A program made the translations under genes and the position numbers. From Microcoleus sp. (GTDB lineage Bacteria; Cyanobacteriota; Cyanobacteriia; Cyanobacteriales; Microcoleaceae): a stretch of DNA of 64,000 bases. The DNA is taken from NCBI GenBank assembly GCA_042408215.1, contig JAYFMW010000020.1:384001-448000 (forward strand). Direction: 5' to 3'. The notes beneath the pieces were generated by a model. It ran no database searches and was not told the DNA's origin. It saw only the letters and a list, made by a program, of their open reading frames with translations. Positions 19,168 through 29,140 of the stretch are shown here, piece after piece (position 1 is the first letter of the stretch; every line of letters starts with the position of its first letter).

Positions 19168-19890
19168 ATGACTCTTAAAGCAGTTTTATTTGATTTTAAT
19201 GGCGTTATTATTAATGACGAGCCGATTCACGAGCAAATAGTCGATCGACTGATGCTTGAGGAAAATCTCCAGCTCAAACGCGGGGAGTTTCGAGAAGTTT
19301 GTTTGGGGAGGAGCGATCGCGCTTGTCTTGTGGAACTGTTCAACCGTAGAGGACGTTTTCTGACAGAAGTTTACCTCCAACGGTTGCTACTCCGCAAAGC
19401 TCAAGCTTATCAGGCAAAAATAGATAGTCTGGAAACTTTGCCGATTTATCCGGGTTTAGCAGACTTTATTGCTCAAATTAGGGCTGAGGGACTCAAAATG
19501 GCGGTAGTTAGCGGTGCCATGCGATCGGATATAGAATTGGTGTTAAATCGGGCTGGTTTGGCAGAAAATTTTGAGTTAATTGTCGCAGGTGATGACAAGA
19601 CGGCGAGCAAGCCAGCACCAGACGGCTATTTGTTAGCTGTGGAACTTATGAATCAGAAATATCCAGACTTGAATCTGCGATCGGGGGAGTGTTTGGCGGT
19701 GGAAGATACTTTTGCTGGGATTCAAGCGGCCAAAAAAGCGGGGATTCAGGTAGTGGGCGTGACTCACACTTACCCGTTTCACATGATCCAGCGCCAAGCT
19801 AACTGGACGGTGGACTATTTTGCTGATTTAGAATTGGACAGGGTGGAAGAAATTTGTGCGATCGCCCCAACTGCACCGAAAGCAGAATAG
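19168..19890 (+). CDS. HAD family phosphatase
   Basis: LFDFNGV, VVSGA, SKPAPD, AVEDT. Confidence 0.9.
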   Translation: MTLKAVLFDFNGVIINDEPIHEQIVDRLMLEENLQLKRGEFREVCLGRSDRACLVELFNRRGRFLTEVYLQRLLLRKAQAYQAKIDSLETLPIYPGLADFIAQIRAEGLKMAVVSGAMRSDIELVLNRAGLAENFELIVAGDDKTASKPAPDGYLLAVELMNQKYPDLNLRSGECLAVEDTFAGIQAAKKAGIQVVGVTHTYPFHMIQRQANWTVDYFADLELDRVEEICAIAPTAPKAE

Positions 19891-20016
19891 ACTTTACATT
19901 ATTGGCCGTTATGTGCTAATGTATATAACGGTCTGCGAAAGTGAGAGCGATCGCAAGCTGTAAGGCTTTTAGATTCGGTAATCCGACATCTAGAATCCTA
20001 AACTCAGCATCAATCA

Positions 20017-20089
20017 GGGGAATTAGCTCAGTTGGTAGAGCGCTGCGATCGCACCGCAGAGGCCAGCGGTTCGAGTCCGCTATTCTCCA
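20017..20089 (+). tRNA. tRNA-Ala (anticodon CGC)
   Basis: Cloverleaf GGGGAAT/ATTCTCC with G3:U70, anticodon stem CTGCG/CGCAG, loop AT-CGC-AC, GGTTCGA T-loop; CCA not encoded. Confidence 0.95.
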
Positions 20090-20202
20090 TAAATCAGTGT
20101 CGCTTCGATTTGAGATTTGAGATTGAAGACTTCAGCGCCCGGAGCAATCCGGGGGCTTGTTTCGCAGTGCGATCGCCACCTGTTTTGTTAATCATAAGTT
20201 TT

Positions 20203-20244
20203 GTATCCAAACATACAACTATCTGCTTAATAGAGTCTTAATAT
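20203..20244 (+). promoter_or_regulatory. NtcA-activated promoter of urt operon
   Basis: GTA-N8-TAC (20203-20216), 22 nt, TAATAT. Confidence 0.85.
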
Positions 20245-20308
20245 CAAGTCGCTATATGTTATTATTCTAATAAATCTGACTCATCTATTCAGGAGTAACA
20301 AAAAAAGA

Positions 20309-21628
20309 ATGGCAAAGCGATTCGATCGGCGGAAATTTCTTTTATACAGTTCTGCTACCCTAACATCAAGTCTATTTCTAAAAGCTTGTAGAACTCCCAC
20401 CCCAATAGCAACTCCCTCAGCTTCTCCTTCTCCAACTGCAACAGCAGCAGCACCAGCAGCCAGCGGAAACACCATCAAAGTAGGCATTTTGCACTCATTG
20501 AGCGGCACAATGTCAATTAGCGAAAAAAGCGTTGTCGAGGCCGAACAATTAGCGATCGAAGAAATCAATAAAGCAGGCGGTGTCTTAGGAAAACAGATAG
20601 AAGCAATCGTAGAAGACGGCAACTCTGACTGGCCAACTTTTGCCGAAAAAGCCAAAAAATTGATCGATCAAGACAAAGTTGTCACCGTTTTTGGCTGCTG
20701 GACTTCAGCAAGTCGCAAAGCAGTATTACCAGTATTTGAAGAGAAAAATCATATGCTCTGGTATCCCGTACAATACGAGGGTCAAGAGTGTTCAAAAAAC
20801 ATCTTTTATACCGGGGCCGCACCGAACCAACAAATCGAACCAGCAGTTGACTGGCTGCTAGAAAATAAAGGTAAAAAATTCTTCTTAATCGGGTCAGACT
20901 ACGTGTTTCCCCGCACAGCGAATACCATTATTAAGGCACAGCTAGCCGCCAAAGGTGGCGAAGTAGTTGGGGAAGACTATATTCCTTTAGGCGGTACAGA
21001 AGTTACGCCAATTATTACTAAAATCAAAGCAGCTTTGCCAGACGGCGGAGTCATCTTCAATTCCCTGAATGGTGACAGTAACGTAGCATTTTTTAAACAG
21101 TTGCAGGGCGCTGGTTTAGGGCCGGATAAATATCCGTCAATGTCGGTCAGTATTGCCGAGGAAGAAGTAAAGGCGATCGGTGTAGAATACCTCAAAGGTC
21201 ACTACGCGGCCTGGAATTACTTCATGACTGTGGAATCTCCCGCCAATACAAAATTTGTCGAAGCTTTCAAGGCCAAATACGGCAAAGATCGAGTGACAAA
21301 CGACCCGATGGAAGCAGCTTATATCATGGTTTACCTGTGGAAGCAAGCCGTAGAAAAAGCCGGGGTAGCCGACGATTTAGAGAAAGTGCGGGCAGCAGCT
21401 TTGGGTCAAACTTTTGACGCGCCCGGTGGCCAAGTTACGCTGGAAGTTAACCATCACCTCTCTAAATTTGTGCGGTTGGGCGAAGTTAGAGAAGACGGTT
21501 TGTTTAACATAGCTTTTGCTACACCAGAAGCAGTGAAACCGCAACCTTGGAATCAGTTTGTAGAAGAAACTAAGGGCTTTTCTTGCGATTGGTCAGACCC
21601 CGCAAAAGGCGGCAAATTCAAAGCTTGA
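20309..21628 (+). CDS. urtA: Urea ABC transporter substrate-binding protein
   Basis: Tat-like [31 protein letters not shown]. Confidence 0.95.
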   Translation: MAKRFDRRKFLLYSSATLTSSLFLKACRTPTPIATPSASPSPTATAAAPAASGNTIKVGILHSLSGTMSISEKSVVEAEQLAIEEINKAGGVLGKQIEAIVEDGNSDWPTFAEKAKKLIDQDKVVTVFGCWTSASRKAVLPVFEEKNHMLWYPVQYEGQECSKNIFYTGAAPNQQIEPAVDWLLENKGKKFFLIGSDYVFPRTANTIIKAQLAAKGGEVVGEDYIPLGGTEVTPIITKIKAALPDGGVIFNSLNGDSNVAFFKQLQGAGLGPDKYPSMSVSIAEEEVKAIGVEYLKGHYAAWNYFMTVESPANTKFVEAFKAKYGKDRVTNDPMEAAYIMVYLWKQAVEKAGVADDLEKVRAAALGQTFDAPGGQVTLEVNHHLSKFVRLGEVREDGLFNIAFATPEAVKPQPWNQFVEETKGFSCDWSDPAKGGKFKA

Positions 21629-21864
21629 CAAGTTGAACGATAGTGAAACCCAACACTGATTAAGATCAAATTCATGAGGATCGGAATTATTCATCTCTCT
21701 TCTCTGACTCTGCGCGCTCTGCGTCCTCTGTGGTTTAATCATTCCGATTCAGCCCGAATTGATCTAATTAGATGTTTGATTTCGTTTCCCAACCCAACCT
21801 ACATTATTAACTAAGTTTTTATGATGTAAGTTGGGTTGAACGATCGGGAAACCCAACATTCATT

Positions 21865-21933
21865 AGACTTCTCCAGAAAATCCAACTTGGAACAGGCTGG
21901 ATACCTGTTCCACAAGAATTATTGGATAAGTCT
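21865..21933. mobile_element. 69 bp mini-MITE (AGAC...GTCT)
   Basis: AGACTTCTCCA...TGGATAAGTCT, ATT duplicated on both sides. Confidence 0.65.
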
Positions 21934-21996
21934 ATTAATCAGATGTTGGGTTTGCTTCCTAAAGCCAACCTACGCTATCAATTCAGAGGAAAAAAA

Positions 21997-23151
21997 GTGG
22001 CGATACTCGACGGTTTATTTAATGGGATTAGCATCGGCGCTGTATTGCTAATTGCCGCCCTGGGATTAGCCATTATTTTCGGGCTGATGGGCGTGATTAA
22101 TATGGCTCACGGCGAGTTAATGATGCTGGGTGCTTATACAACTTTTGTCGTACAAAATGTCTTTAAAGGTATCGGAGGATTCGCTTTTGAAACCTATATT
22201 CTTTTTGCCATACCTTTAGCTTTTTTAGTTGCTGCACTGGTAGGATTAATTCTCGAACGCGGAGTAATTCGCTATCTTTACGGGCGGCCCCTAGAAACTT
22301 TGCTAGCAACTTGGGGTGTAAGTTTAATTTTACAGCAGTTTGTCCGCAGCGTGAGTTGGGCGCTGGTAGTTGGGATTGCGGTGTTTTGTTTACTGTTTTT
22401 TGGCGGTTTGCGGGTGCTGAAACGTCGCCCAGATTTCGAGCAAGTTCGCAAGGGAATTATCGCGATTATTTTGCCTCTCTCTGTTGCTATTTCTTGGGCG
22501 GCGATCGCATTTTTAGGGGCCACTTACCAGCTAGCAGTAACTAAACCTTGGTTTGGCGCTCAAAATGTCGATGTGACTGCGCCTGCATGGCTGCGGGGCG
22601 GCATACCGATCGGCAATTTTCAGTTACCTTATGCTCGACTTTTTATTATTGTATTAACGGCGCTTTGTTTGGCAGGAATTTACTTATTTTTGCAGAAGTC
22701 TGTGTGGGGACTTCGGATTCGTTCTGTGACGCAAAATCGCAGCATGAGCGCTTGTTTGGGCATTCCTACCGAACAAGTAGACGCGCTGACTTTTGCTTTG
22801 GGTTCTGGGTTGGCTGGTGTTGCTGGATGCGCGATTAGTTTGCTTGGTTCTGTCGGGCCAAATACCGGGCAGAATTATGTGGTGGATACTTTTATGGTTG
22901 TGGTTGTGGGCGGTGTTGGTAAGATTATGGGGAGTGTAGTTGCTGCGATCGCGATCGGCACTGCAAATTACCTGATCGGTTCAGGAACCTTAGCATTAAT
23001 GCTAACTCCTGTCAAGCCTTTAGCTGATTTCTTCACTTTTTTCGCCACAACCAGCATGGCAAAAGTAATGGTATTTGCCTTAATTATGGCTTTTTTACAA
23101 GTGCGGCCGGGAGGGATTTTCCCACAAAAAGGACGCACGGTAGAGAATTAA
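21997..23151 (+). CDS. urtB: Urea ABC transporter permease
   Basis: FGLMGVINMAHGE, YGRPLETLLATWG; GTG start inferred. Confidence 0.93.
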   Translation: MAILDGLFNGISIGAVLLIAALGLAIIFGLMGVINMAHGELMMLGAYTTFVVQNVFKGIGGFAFETYILFAIPLAFLVAALVGLILERGVIRYLYGRPLETLLATWGVSLILQQFVRSVSWALVVGIAVFCLLFFGGLRVLKRRPDFEQVRKGIIAIILPLSVAISWAAIAFLGATYQLAVTKPWFGAQNVDVTAPAWLRGGIPIGNFQLPYARLFIIVLTALCLAGIYLFLQKSVWGLRIRSVTQNRSMSACLGIPTEQVDALTFALGSGLAGVAGCAISLLGSVGPNTGQNYVVDTFMVVVVGGVGKIMGSVVAAIAIGTANYLIGSGTLALMLTPVKPLADFFTFFATTSMAKVMVFALIMAFLQVRPGGIFPQKGRTVEN

Positions 23152-23177
23152 ATTTTACTAATAAAAACACATAAACC

Positions 23178-24320
23178 ATGAAGAATTCAACTCGAAAGGC
23201 ATGGCTAAAAGAAGGGGCGATTGTGGGGGCGATCGCACTCATCTTCATATTACTCATCCCCGGAATACTTCCCGACGTTCGCCTCAACCAACTAGGGCGA
23301 TTTCTAGCCCTAGCAATTGCAGCACTCGGCATTGATTTAATCTGGGGATACACAGGTTTACTCAGTCTCGGACACGGCGTATTTTTTGCCCTTGGCGGCT
23401 ACGCATTTGCCATGCACCTAAAACTGCAAATCCCCCCAACCGCCAGCAGTCAATTGCCCGAATTTATGAACCTATATGGCGTTACCGAACTACCCTGGTT
23501 TTGGCAACCATTTTATTCATTTCCCTTCTCAGCGGCAGCAGTAATTCTCATCCCCGGCTTACTGGGCGCAATCTTGGGTTACTTAGTATTCCGCAATCGA
23601 ATTCGAGGCGTTTACTTTTCAATTCTCACCCAAGCAGCAACCATAGTATTTTTCAACTTTTTTAACGGTCAACAAAAACTGATTAACGGCACCAACGGTT
23701 TAACAGACTTTAAAACCCTGTTCGGAGCCACAGTAAATAACCGAGATACCCAATATATTTTCTACATTCTCACCATACTATTTCTAGCAGCAACTTACGC
23801 CCTTTGCCGATGGCTGACAAGCGGGCGTTTTGGTCGCTTGCTAATCGCAATTCGCGACGACGAAATCCGTCTCCGTTTCTCTGGTTACAATCCCACAGGA
23901 TTTAAAGTTTTAGTATTTGCAATTTCTGCGGGAATGGCGGGAATTGCAGGCGCTTTATATACTGTACAAACGGGAATAATTTCGCCAAAAGCAATGGATA
24001 TTGCCTTTTCAATCGAAATGGTAATTTGGGTAGCAGTAGGAGGCCGTGCTACATTATCGGGAGCAGTATTAGGAACACTTCTAGTCAACTTTGGCAAAAG
24101 TTTCTTGAGCGAACAATTCCCCGAAGTCTGGCTATTTTTCCAAGGCGCGCTATTCTTAATAGTAGTGACAGTGCTGCCCGACGGCTTAGTCGGATGGCTC
24201 CAACAACAAGGCTTTGACCAAATCCGCCGCTTATTCAGAAAACCCAGGTATGTATCTACCTACCCCAGCCTCGAACAAGACCCCGAACTGATCCACGAAA
24301 AAGAAGAACTTGAAAAATGA
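23178..24320 (+). CDS. urtC: Urea ABC transporter permease
   Basis: GIDLIWGYTGLLSLGHG, GVYFSILTQA. Confidence 0.93.
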   Translation: MKNSTRKAWLKEGAIVGAIALIFILLIPGILPDVRLNQLGRFLALAIAALGIDLIWGYTGLLSLGHGVFFALGGYAFAMHLKLQIPPTASSQLPEFMNLYGVTELPWFWQPFYSFPFSAAAVILIPGLLGAILGYLVFRNRIRGVYFSILTQAATIVFFNFFNGQQKLINGTNGLTDFKTLFGATVNNRDTQYIFYILTILFLAATYALCRWLTSGRFGRLLIAIRDDEIRLRFSGYNPTGFKVLVFAISAGMAGIAGALYTVQTGIISPKAMDIAFSIEMVIWVAVGGRATLSGAVLGTLLVNFGKSFLSEQFPEVWLFFQGALFLIVVTVLPDGLVGWLQQQGFDQIRRLFRKPRYVSTYPSLEQDPELIHEKEELEK

Positions 24321-24376
24321 TCGTCAAACAATCATGTTAAAATGTATGCAAATTTATGCAAATTTAGAGGCAAAAT

Positions 24377-25099
24377 ATGGCAGATATTATTGACTACAAA
24401 ATCTACGGCGACGACTTACAACTGATTGAAATTGAACTTGACCCCCAAGAAGGTGTCAGGGCGGAAGCCGGCACCATGACATATATGGAAGGTGGCATCG
24501 AAATGCAAACTTCCACAGGCGGCGGCTTATTTAAAGGCTTCAAACGGATGTTTACCGGGGCTGGTTTCTTCATCACGACATTTGTAAATGGCGGAAGAAG
24601 CAAAGCGCGAGTAGCTTTTGCAGCTCCCTATCCAGGTAAAGTAATTCCCCTCGATTTAGGCAAACTTGGCGGTGAATTTTTATGTCAGAAAGACTCATTT
24701 CTCTGTGCAGCTAATGGCATTGAAATTGAGGTTGCATTTACCAAACGACTCGGAGCCGGTTTCTTTGGTGGAGAAGGCTTTATTCTGCAAAAATTGCAGG
24801 GTGACGGGCTAGCTTTTGTCCACGCCGGCGGAACAATAGTTGAGAAAAATTTAGGAGTTGGTGAAGTGTTGCGAGTAGACACGGGCTGTTTGGTAGCTTT
24901 TGCTCCTACAGTGGACTACGACATTCAGTTTGTCGGCGGGTTTAAAAATGCTTTATTTGGAGGTGAAGGCTTGTTTTTGGCTAAGATGACTGGGCCTGGT
25001 AAAGTATACATTCAAAGTTTGCCACTCTCGAAGTTAGCTGAGCGGATTCTGGCTGTCGCTCCACCTCCAATTTCGAGCAGTTCTAGCAGTTTTAGTTGA
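24377..25099 (+). CDS. TIGR00266/AIM24 family protein
   Basis: [41 protein letters not shown]. Confidence 0.88.
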   Translation: MADIIDYKIYGDDLQLIEIELDPQEGVRAEAGTMTYMEGGIEMQTSTGGGLFKGFKRMFTGAGFFITTFVNGGRSKARVAFAAPYPGKVIPLDLGKLGGEFLCQKDSFLCAANGIEIEVAFTKRLGAGFFGGEGFILQKLQGDGLAFVHAGGTIVEKNLGVGEVLRVDTGCLVAFAPTVDYDIQFVGGFKNALFGGEGLFLAKMTGPGKVYIQSLPLSKLAERILAVAPPPISSSSSSFS

Positions 25100-25126
25100 G
25101 AGTAAAAGAACCATTTATGTGCTTGT

Positions 25127-25285
25127 GTAGGGTGCGTCAGCCAGCAGATTTTCCGGCTTACCCAGAGACGGTTAACTGACCCACCCTAGGAGGAAAATCA
25201 GCGATGTCAGGTGCGTCAGCCAAAAGATTTTCCTGCTTACCCGGAGACTGTTAACTGACGCACCATACGAGGAAAATCAGCGATG
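25127..25285. repeat. Tandem 79 bp duplication of REP doublet plus urtD start region
   Basis: GGTGCGTCAG...CTGAC(C/G)CACC..GAGGAAAATCAGCGATG x2. Confidence 0.8.
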
Positions 25286-26029
25286 AATGGAAAAGTATTA
25301 GAAATCGAAAATTTGACTGTGAGTTTTGATGGTTTTAAAGCCATCAATGGGCTGAATTTTAGCATGGATGCGGGCGAATTGCGGGTGATAATTGGCCCGA
25401 ATGGTGCGGGTAAAACGACGTTTCTCGATGCGATTACTGGGAAGGTGCAGCCGACTGAAGGTAGGGTGTTATTTAAGGGACGAGATTTGCGTACATTGTC
25501 GGAAGATAGGATTTCGCGTTTGGGAATTGGCCGCAAGTTTCAGACACCGCGAGTTTACCTAAATTTAACGCCGCGCGAAAATTTGGAGTTGTCTTGTAAC
25601 CGTGATAAAAATGTGTTTGCAACTCTGTTTAAGCCTTCTCCTGTCGCTGAAAAACGCACGGTTTCTGGTTTGTTAGAAACCATTGGTTTAGTTGCTAAGG
25701 CTGATGTGTCGGCTGGTTTGCTTTCTCACGGGGAAAAGCAGTGGTTGGAAATTGGAATGTTGGTGGCGCAATCTCCTGATTTGTTGTTGGTAGATGAGCC
25801 TGTGGCGGGTTTGACTGATGAGGAAACGGCGTTAACGGGAGATTTGTTAATTTCGCTTGCCGAAAGTCATTCGGTGTTGGTAATTGAACATGATATGGAG
25901 TTTGTGCGGCAAATTGCGCGGCAGGTGACGGTACTGCATCAGGGTGCGGTTTTGTGTGAAGGAACTATGGATGAGGTGCAAAATGACGATCGGGTAATTG
26001 AGGTATATTTGGGAAAACCAGAAAACTAA
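25283..26029 (+). CDS. urtD: Urea ABC transporter ATP-binding protein
   Basis: GPNGAGKT, LSHGEKQWLEIG. Confidence 0.93.
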   Translation: MNGKVLEIENLTVSFDGFKAINGLNFSMDAGELRVIIGPNGAGKTTFLDAITGKVQPTEGRVLFKGRDLRTLSEDRISRLGIGRKFQTPRVYLNLTPRENLELSCNRDKNVFATLFKPSPVAEKRTVSGLLETIGLVAKADVSAGLLSHGEKQWLEIGMLVAQSPDLLLVDEPVAGLTDEETALTGDLLISLAESHSVLVIEHDMEFVRQIARQVTVLHQGAVLCEGTMDEVQNDDRVIEVYLGKPEN

Positions 26030-26220
26030 GAAGTCATTAGTCAGTAGTCATTAGTTATTAGTCATTAGTTATTAGTCAGTAGTCATTAGTTATTAGTCAT
26101 TGGTTATTTGTTGGTTCCCATTACCAATGCCCAATGCCCGATGCCCGATGCCCGATGCCCGATGCCCCATTACCAATTACCAATTACCCATTACCCATTA
26201 CCCATTACCCATTACTAATC
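26030..26220. repeat. Composite STRR array
   Basis: AGTCATT, ATGCCCG and ATTACCC heptamers. Confidence 0.85.
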
Positions 26221-26222
26221 AT

Positions 26223-26921
26223 ATGTTGCAAGTCTCTAATTTGAATGTTTACTACGGCGAAAGTCACATTCTCCGCGATGTGGATTTAAGCGTAAATGCG
26301 GGACAAATGGTTTGCTTAATCGGCCGCAATGGTGTGGGCAAAACTACTATGTTGAAAACTCTAATGGGTTTGCTGCAACCCCGCAGTGGCACGATTAATT
26401 TTGGCGGACAGTCTATTGTTTCTAAGTTGACTCACCAGCGGGCGAAAATGGGAATTGGTTATGTTCCTCAAGGACGCGAAATTATTCCTCGTTTGACTGT
26501 AAAAGAGAATTTATTGTTGGGTTTGGAAGCGAAAGCAATTCCTACAAAAAATCCCGAAATTCCCGATGAAATATTTGATTTATTTCCGGTTCTGAAAACT
26601 ATGCTGGAGCGCCTAGGTGGCGATTTGAGCGGGGGACAGCAGCAGCAGTTGGCTATTGCTAGGGCTTTGATGGGAGAGCCGCAGTTGCTGGTTTTGGATG
26701 AGCCGACAGAAGGAATTCAACCCTCTATTATTTTAGATATTGAAGCTGCTGTGCGTCGTGTGGTTGCTACTAGGGGAATTTCTGTTTTGTTGGTGGAGCA
26801 GCATTTGCATTTTGTGCGGCAAGCTGATTGGTATTATGCTATGCAAAAAGGTGGCATTGTGGCTTCTGGAAGCACTGGCGAGTTAAGTGATGAGGTGATT
26901 CAGAGGTTTTTGGCTGTTTGA
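26223..26921 (+). CDS. urtE: Urea ABC transporter ATP-binding protein
   Basis: GRNGVGKT, LSGGQQQQLAI, DEPTEGIQP. Confidence 0.93.
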   Translation: MLQVSNLNVYYGESHILRDVDLSVNAGQMVCLIGRNGVGKTTMLKTLMGLLQPRSGTINFGGQSIVSKLTHQRAKMGIGYVPQGREIIPRLTVKENLLLGLEAKAIPTKNPEIPDEIFDLFPVLKTMLERLGGDLSGGQQQQLAIARALMGEPQLLVLDEPTEGIQPSIILDIEAAVRRVVATRGISVLLVEQHLHFVRQADWYYAMQKGGIVASGSTGELSDEVIQRFLAV

Positions 26922-27064
26922 TATTGAAGTCAGGCACTCTAAGAGATTTTGACACGGATACACGGATTAATTAACAATCAGGAAACGAGGCTAGCCTCTA
27001 GATATTTATTCCCAGGCTAGCCTGGGAACAAGGAAAGGGCAAGCGTTTAGATTTGAAAAATGGC

Positions 27065-27421
27065 TTATTCGTCTGGGTTCGCTTGGTATTCTGCGATCGC
27101 AGTTTGGATTTCCTCGGCGGAGACATTTGCTTGTTCTGATTTCGAGTAAATCAGGTGTAAAACAACTTGAGTCTGTGATTCAACTTGATAAATCAAGCGA
27201 TAACCGCCGCTCTTACCAACTTGGGCATCACTGTTTTTAGCCCGGACTTTGTAAACGGTGTATTGAGTCCCTGTAATTTGGTTTCCCATAAAGTTTCCTT
27301 GGATAATCTCATCTAGGACTGGCTGAATATCGGTTTGAATTTGGCGATACTTTTTAGCGAGTCCTTTGAGGCGGCGTTTGAATAGTGCTGTGAATTTGAG
27401 TTGGACTGGCAGATCAGACAT
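27065..27421 (-). CDS. RelE/ParE (HigB-like) toxin
   Basis: FKRRLKGLAKKYR, YKVRAKNSD..GKSGGYRLIY. Confidence 0.85.
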   Translation of the reverse strand: MSDLPVQLKFTALFKRRLKGLAKKYRQIQTDIQPVLDEIIQGNFMGNQITGTQYTVYKVRAKNSDAQVGKSGGYRLIYQVESQTQVVLHLIYSKSEQANVSAEEIQTAIAEYQANPDE

Positions 27422-27668
27422 TGATACCGTCCCAGAGTTCCGATATGGGAAAGGTTTGTCCCGCTTTCGCTTGGTGGAGGGAGGCTTTCAGATCGGCGAG
27501 GATTTGGTCGTTGGAGTCGGTATCTGAGTCAAAATCTGAGTCGAAGTCTGGGGCGATCGCGGATTGTGTCCGACTGGTCAAAAATTCCAGGAATGCCAGG
27601 GTTTGCTCTAAAAGCGGTTCAGGAGTCCGTTCGATCGCTTCGAGAAGGCGTTGTTTAATCGGCGACAT
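27414..27668 (-). CDS. Putative antitoxin
   Basis: Acidic 84 aa protein ending GQTFPISELWDG, overlapping the toxin start. Confidence 0.75.
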   Translation of the reverse strand: MSPIKQRLLEAIERTPEPLLEQTLAFLEFLTSRTQSAIAPDFDSDFDSDTDSNDQILADLKASLHQAKAGQTFPISELWDGINV

Positions 27669-27715
27669 AAGACTACCTCTAAATTTAGCTCCTCCCATCT
27701 TATCAGTTATTATTA

Positions 27716-28315
27716 TTAATTTTTTCTGCCATCTGGCATTGTTGTACCGGCCATGCTTGCTCTATCAAAACTTGCGCCATCTATGTTAGCATTGCGGAGG
27801 TTGGCACCTGAAAGGTTTGCGTCTCTTAAGTCGGAAAATCGTAAGTCTGCACCGTCTAAATTGGTGTTGTTTAAGTTGACTTTTCTGAGGTTTGTATTGC
27901 TGATTCTTGCTTCTCTTAATACTGCTGAGCTTAAGTCGGTGCGTGCTAAATTGGTGTTGACAAAATCTGCTAGCTCGAAGGTGCTGCGGCTGAGGTTGGC
28001 GTCTGATAAATCGGCTCCTGTCAGGATGGGATTTTTGAGGCGGATGTTCACTAATTTTATGCCTCGGAGGTCGCAGCGTGGGCAGCTTTGGGTTTGGAGG
28101 AGGGTTTCGACGTTGGCGTTGATTTGGTCTATTTGTTGCTGTGAAAGCTTTTCGGCAAATTCGGGGGAGATGTAGCCGAGGTTTTTGGGGTCGGTTTTTT
28201 GGGGTTGGGGAGTTTTTGGTTGGGCGATCGCACTTAGGGAAAGTCCCACATGAGACAATTCTGGAGTTGCTGCAAAAATTAGCAGGGCGATCGACAATAT
28301 TGTGATTTTTATCAT
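27716..28315 (-). CDS. Exported pentapeptide repeat protein
   Basis: Signal-like N-terminus, CPRCDL, A(D/N)LxxA repeats. Confidence 0.9.
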   Translation of the reverse strand: MIKITILSIALLIFAATPELSHVGLSLSAIAQPKTPQPQKTDPKNLGYISPEFAEKLSQQQIDQINANVETLLQTQSCPRCDLRGIKLVNIRLKNPILTGADLSDANLSRSTFELADFVNTNLARTDLSSAVLREARISNTNLRKVNLNNTNLDGADLRFSDLRDANLSGANLRNANIDGASFDRASMAGTTMPDGRKN

Positions 28316-28466
28316 ATAATCGTTGACAAAATACCATTTATATTCTATCGTTGACCGTTGGATCGGAATGATTTAACCGCAGAGAACACAGAGGACACAG
28401 AGGGAGAGAATAGAGATCTGAATAATTCCGATGCTACCGGATTTGATATTATATATTATAGCGCAC

Positions 28467-28943
28467 CTAAATTGAGCTAAATAGATCTAAGTTTAAATAA
28501 AATACTTCTGAACCGTCTGGTGAGCGAATTAACTTTTCTACTGCGTCAGGGAGTTGATTTTGGCGGTACAATTCTGGTATGTCGCCAAAAGTTTCTTCGG
28601 GAGTTTCTAATATTTTTGGCATATCAGGAACCGGAATTCCCAGCCGATAGCTCTGATTAAAAGTGCAAATAATTAGGTAGTTGTACTCAGCAATCCTCCG
28701 ACTGCTGGGAAATATTTTAGATAAATCAATGAGCGTAATCAGTTCTTCTTGGTACCTAACTAAACTTTGACCGCTATCTAAGAAAGCGTAGGGATTAAAG
28801 TCTTTGACAATGCGCTGTACTCGTTCAATAGGAACAGCATAGTAGATGTTCCCCAGTTCAAAGGCAACGAGTTTGCGAGCTGGGGTTCTGAAAGTGCCTT
28901 GTTTTTTGCTGCGAAAACGGCGATTGTAATTTGCGTGAGTCAT
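28467..28943 (-). CDS. cheW: CheW-like adaptor
   Basis: LVAFELG..YAVPIERV; follows cheA. Confidence 0.8.
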   Translation of the reverse strand: MTHANYNRRFRSKKQGTFRTPARKLVAFELGNIYYAVPIERVQRIVKDFNPYAFLDSGQSLVRYQEELITLIDLSKIFPSSRRIAEYNYLIICTFNQSYRLGIPVPDMPKILETPEETFGDIPELYRQNQLPDAVEKLIRSPDGSEVFYLNLDLFSSI

Positions 28944-28944
28944 G

Positions 28945-29140
28945 TCGATTTTGGATTTTGGATTTGGGATTTGGGATTTTAGATTGTAATGGGGAATGGG
29001 GAATGGGGAATGGGGCAGAAAAGCATTGGGCATTGGTAATGGGAACCAACAAATAACCAATAACTAATGACTACTGACTAATAACTAATGACTAATGACT
29101 ACTGACTAATGACTACTGACTAATGACTACTGACTACTGT
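28945..29140. repeat. Composite STRR array, inverted relative of 26030-26220
   Basis: Shares a 39 bp core and flanking heptamers. Confidence 0.85.

Noticed and set aside
20017..20300. tRNA as an integration site for a prophage or island
   Set aside because: No integrase and no duplicated tRNA 3' end seen in the window
26100..26222. N-terminal extensions of urtE, cheW (29060) and cnaT (44023) in the ORF track
   Set aside because: They are translations of heptamer repeats; downstream ATGs match the family starts
27421..28337. Overlapping or antisense ORFs such as 27421-27789, 27753-28175 and 27786-28337, and similar short ORFs elsewhere
   Set aside because: Shadows of well-supported genes with no recognisable motifs
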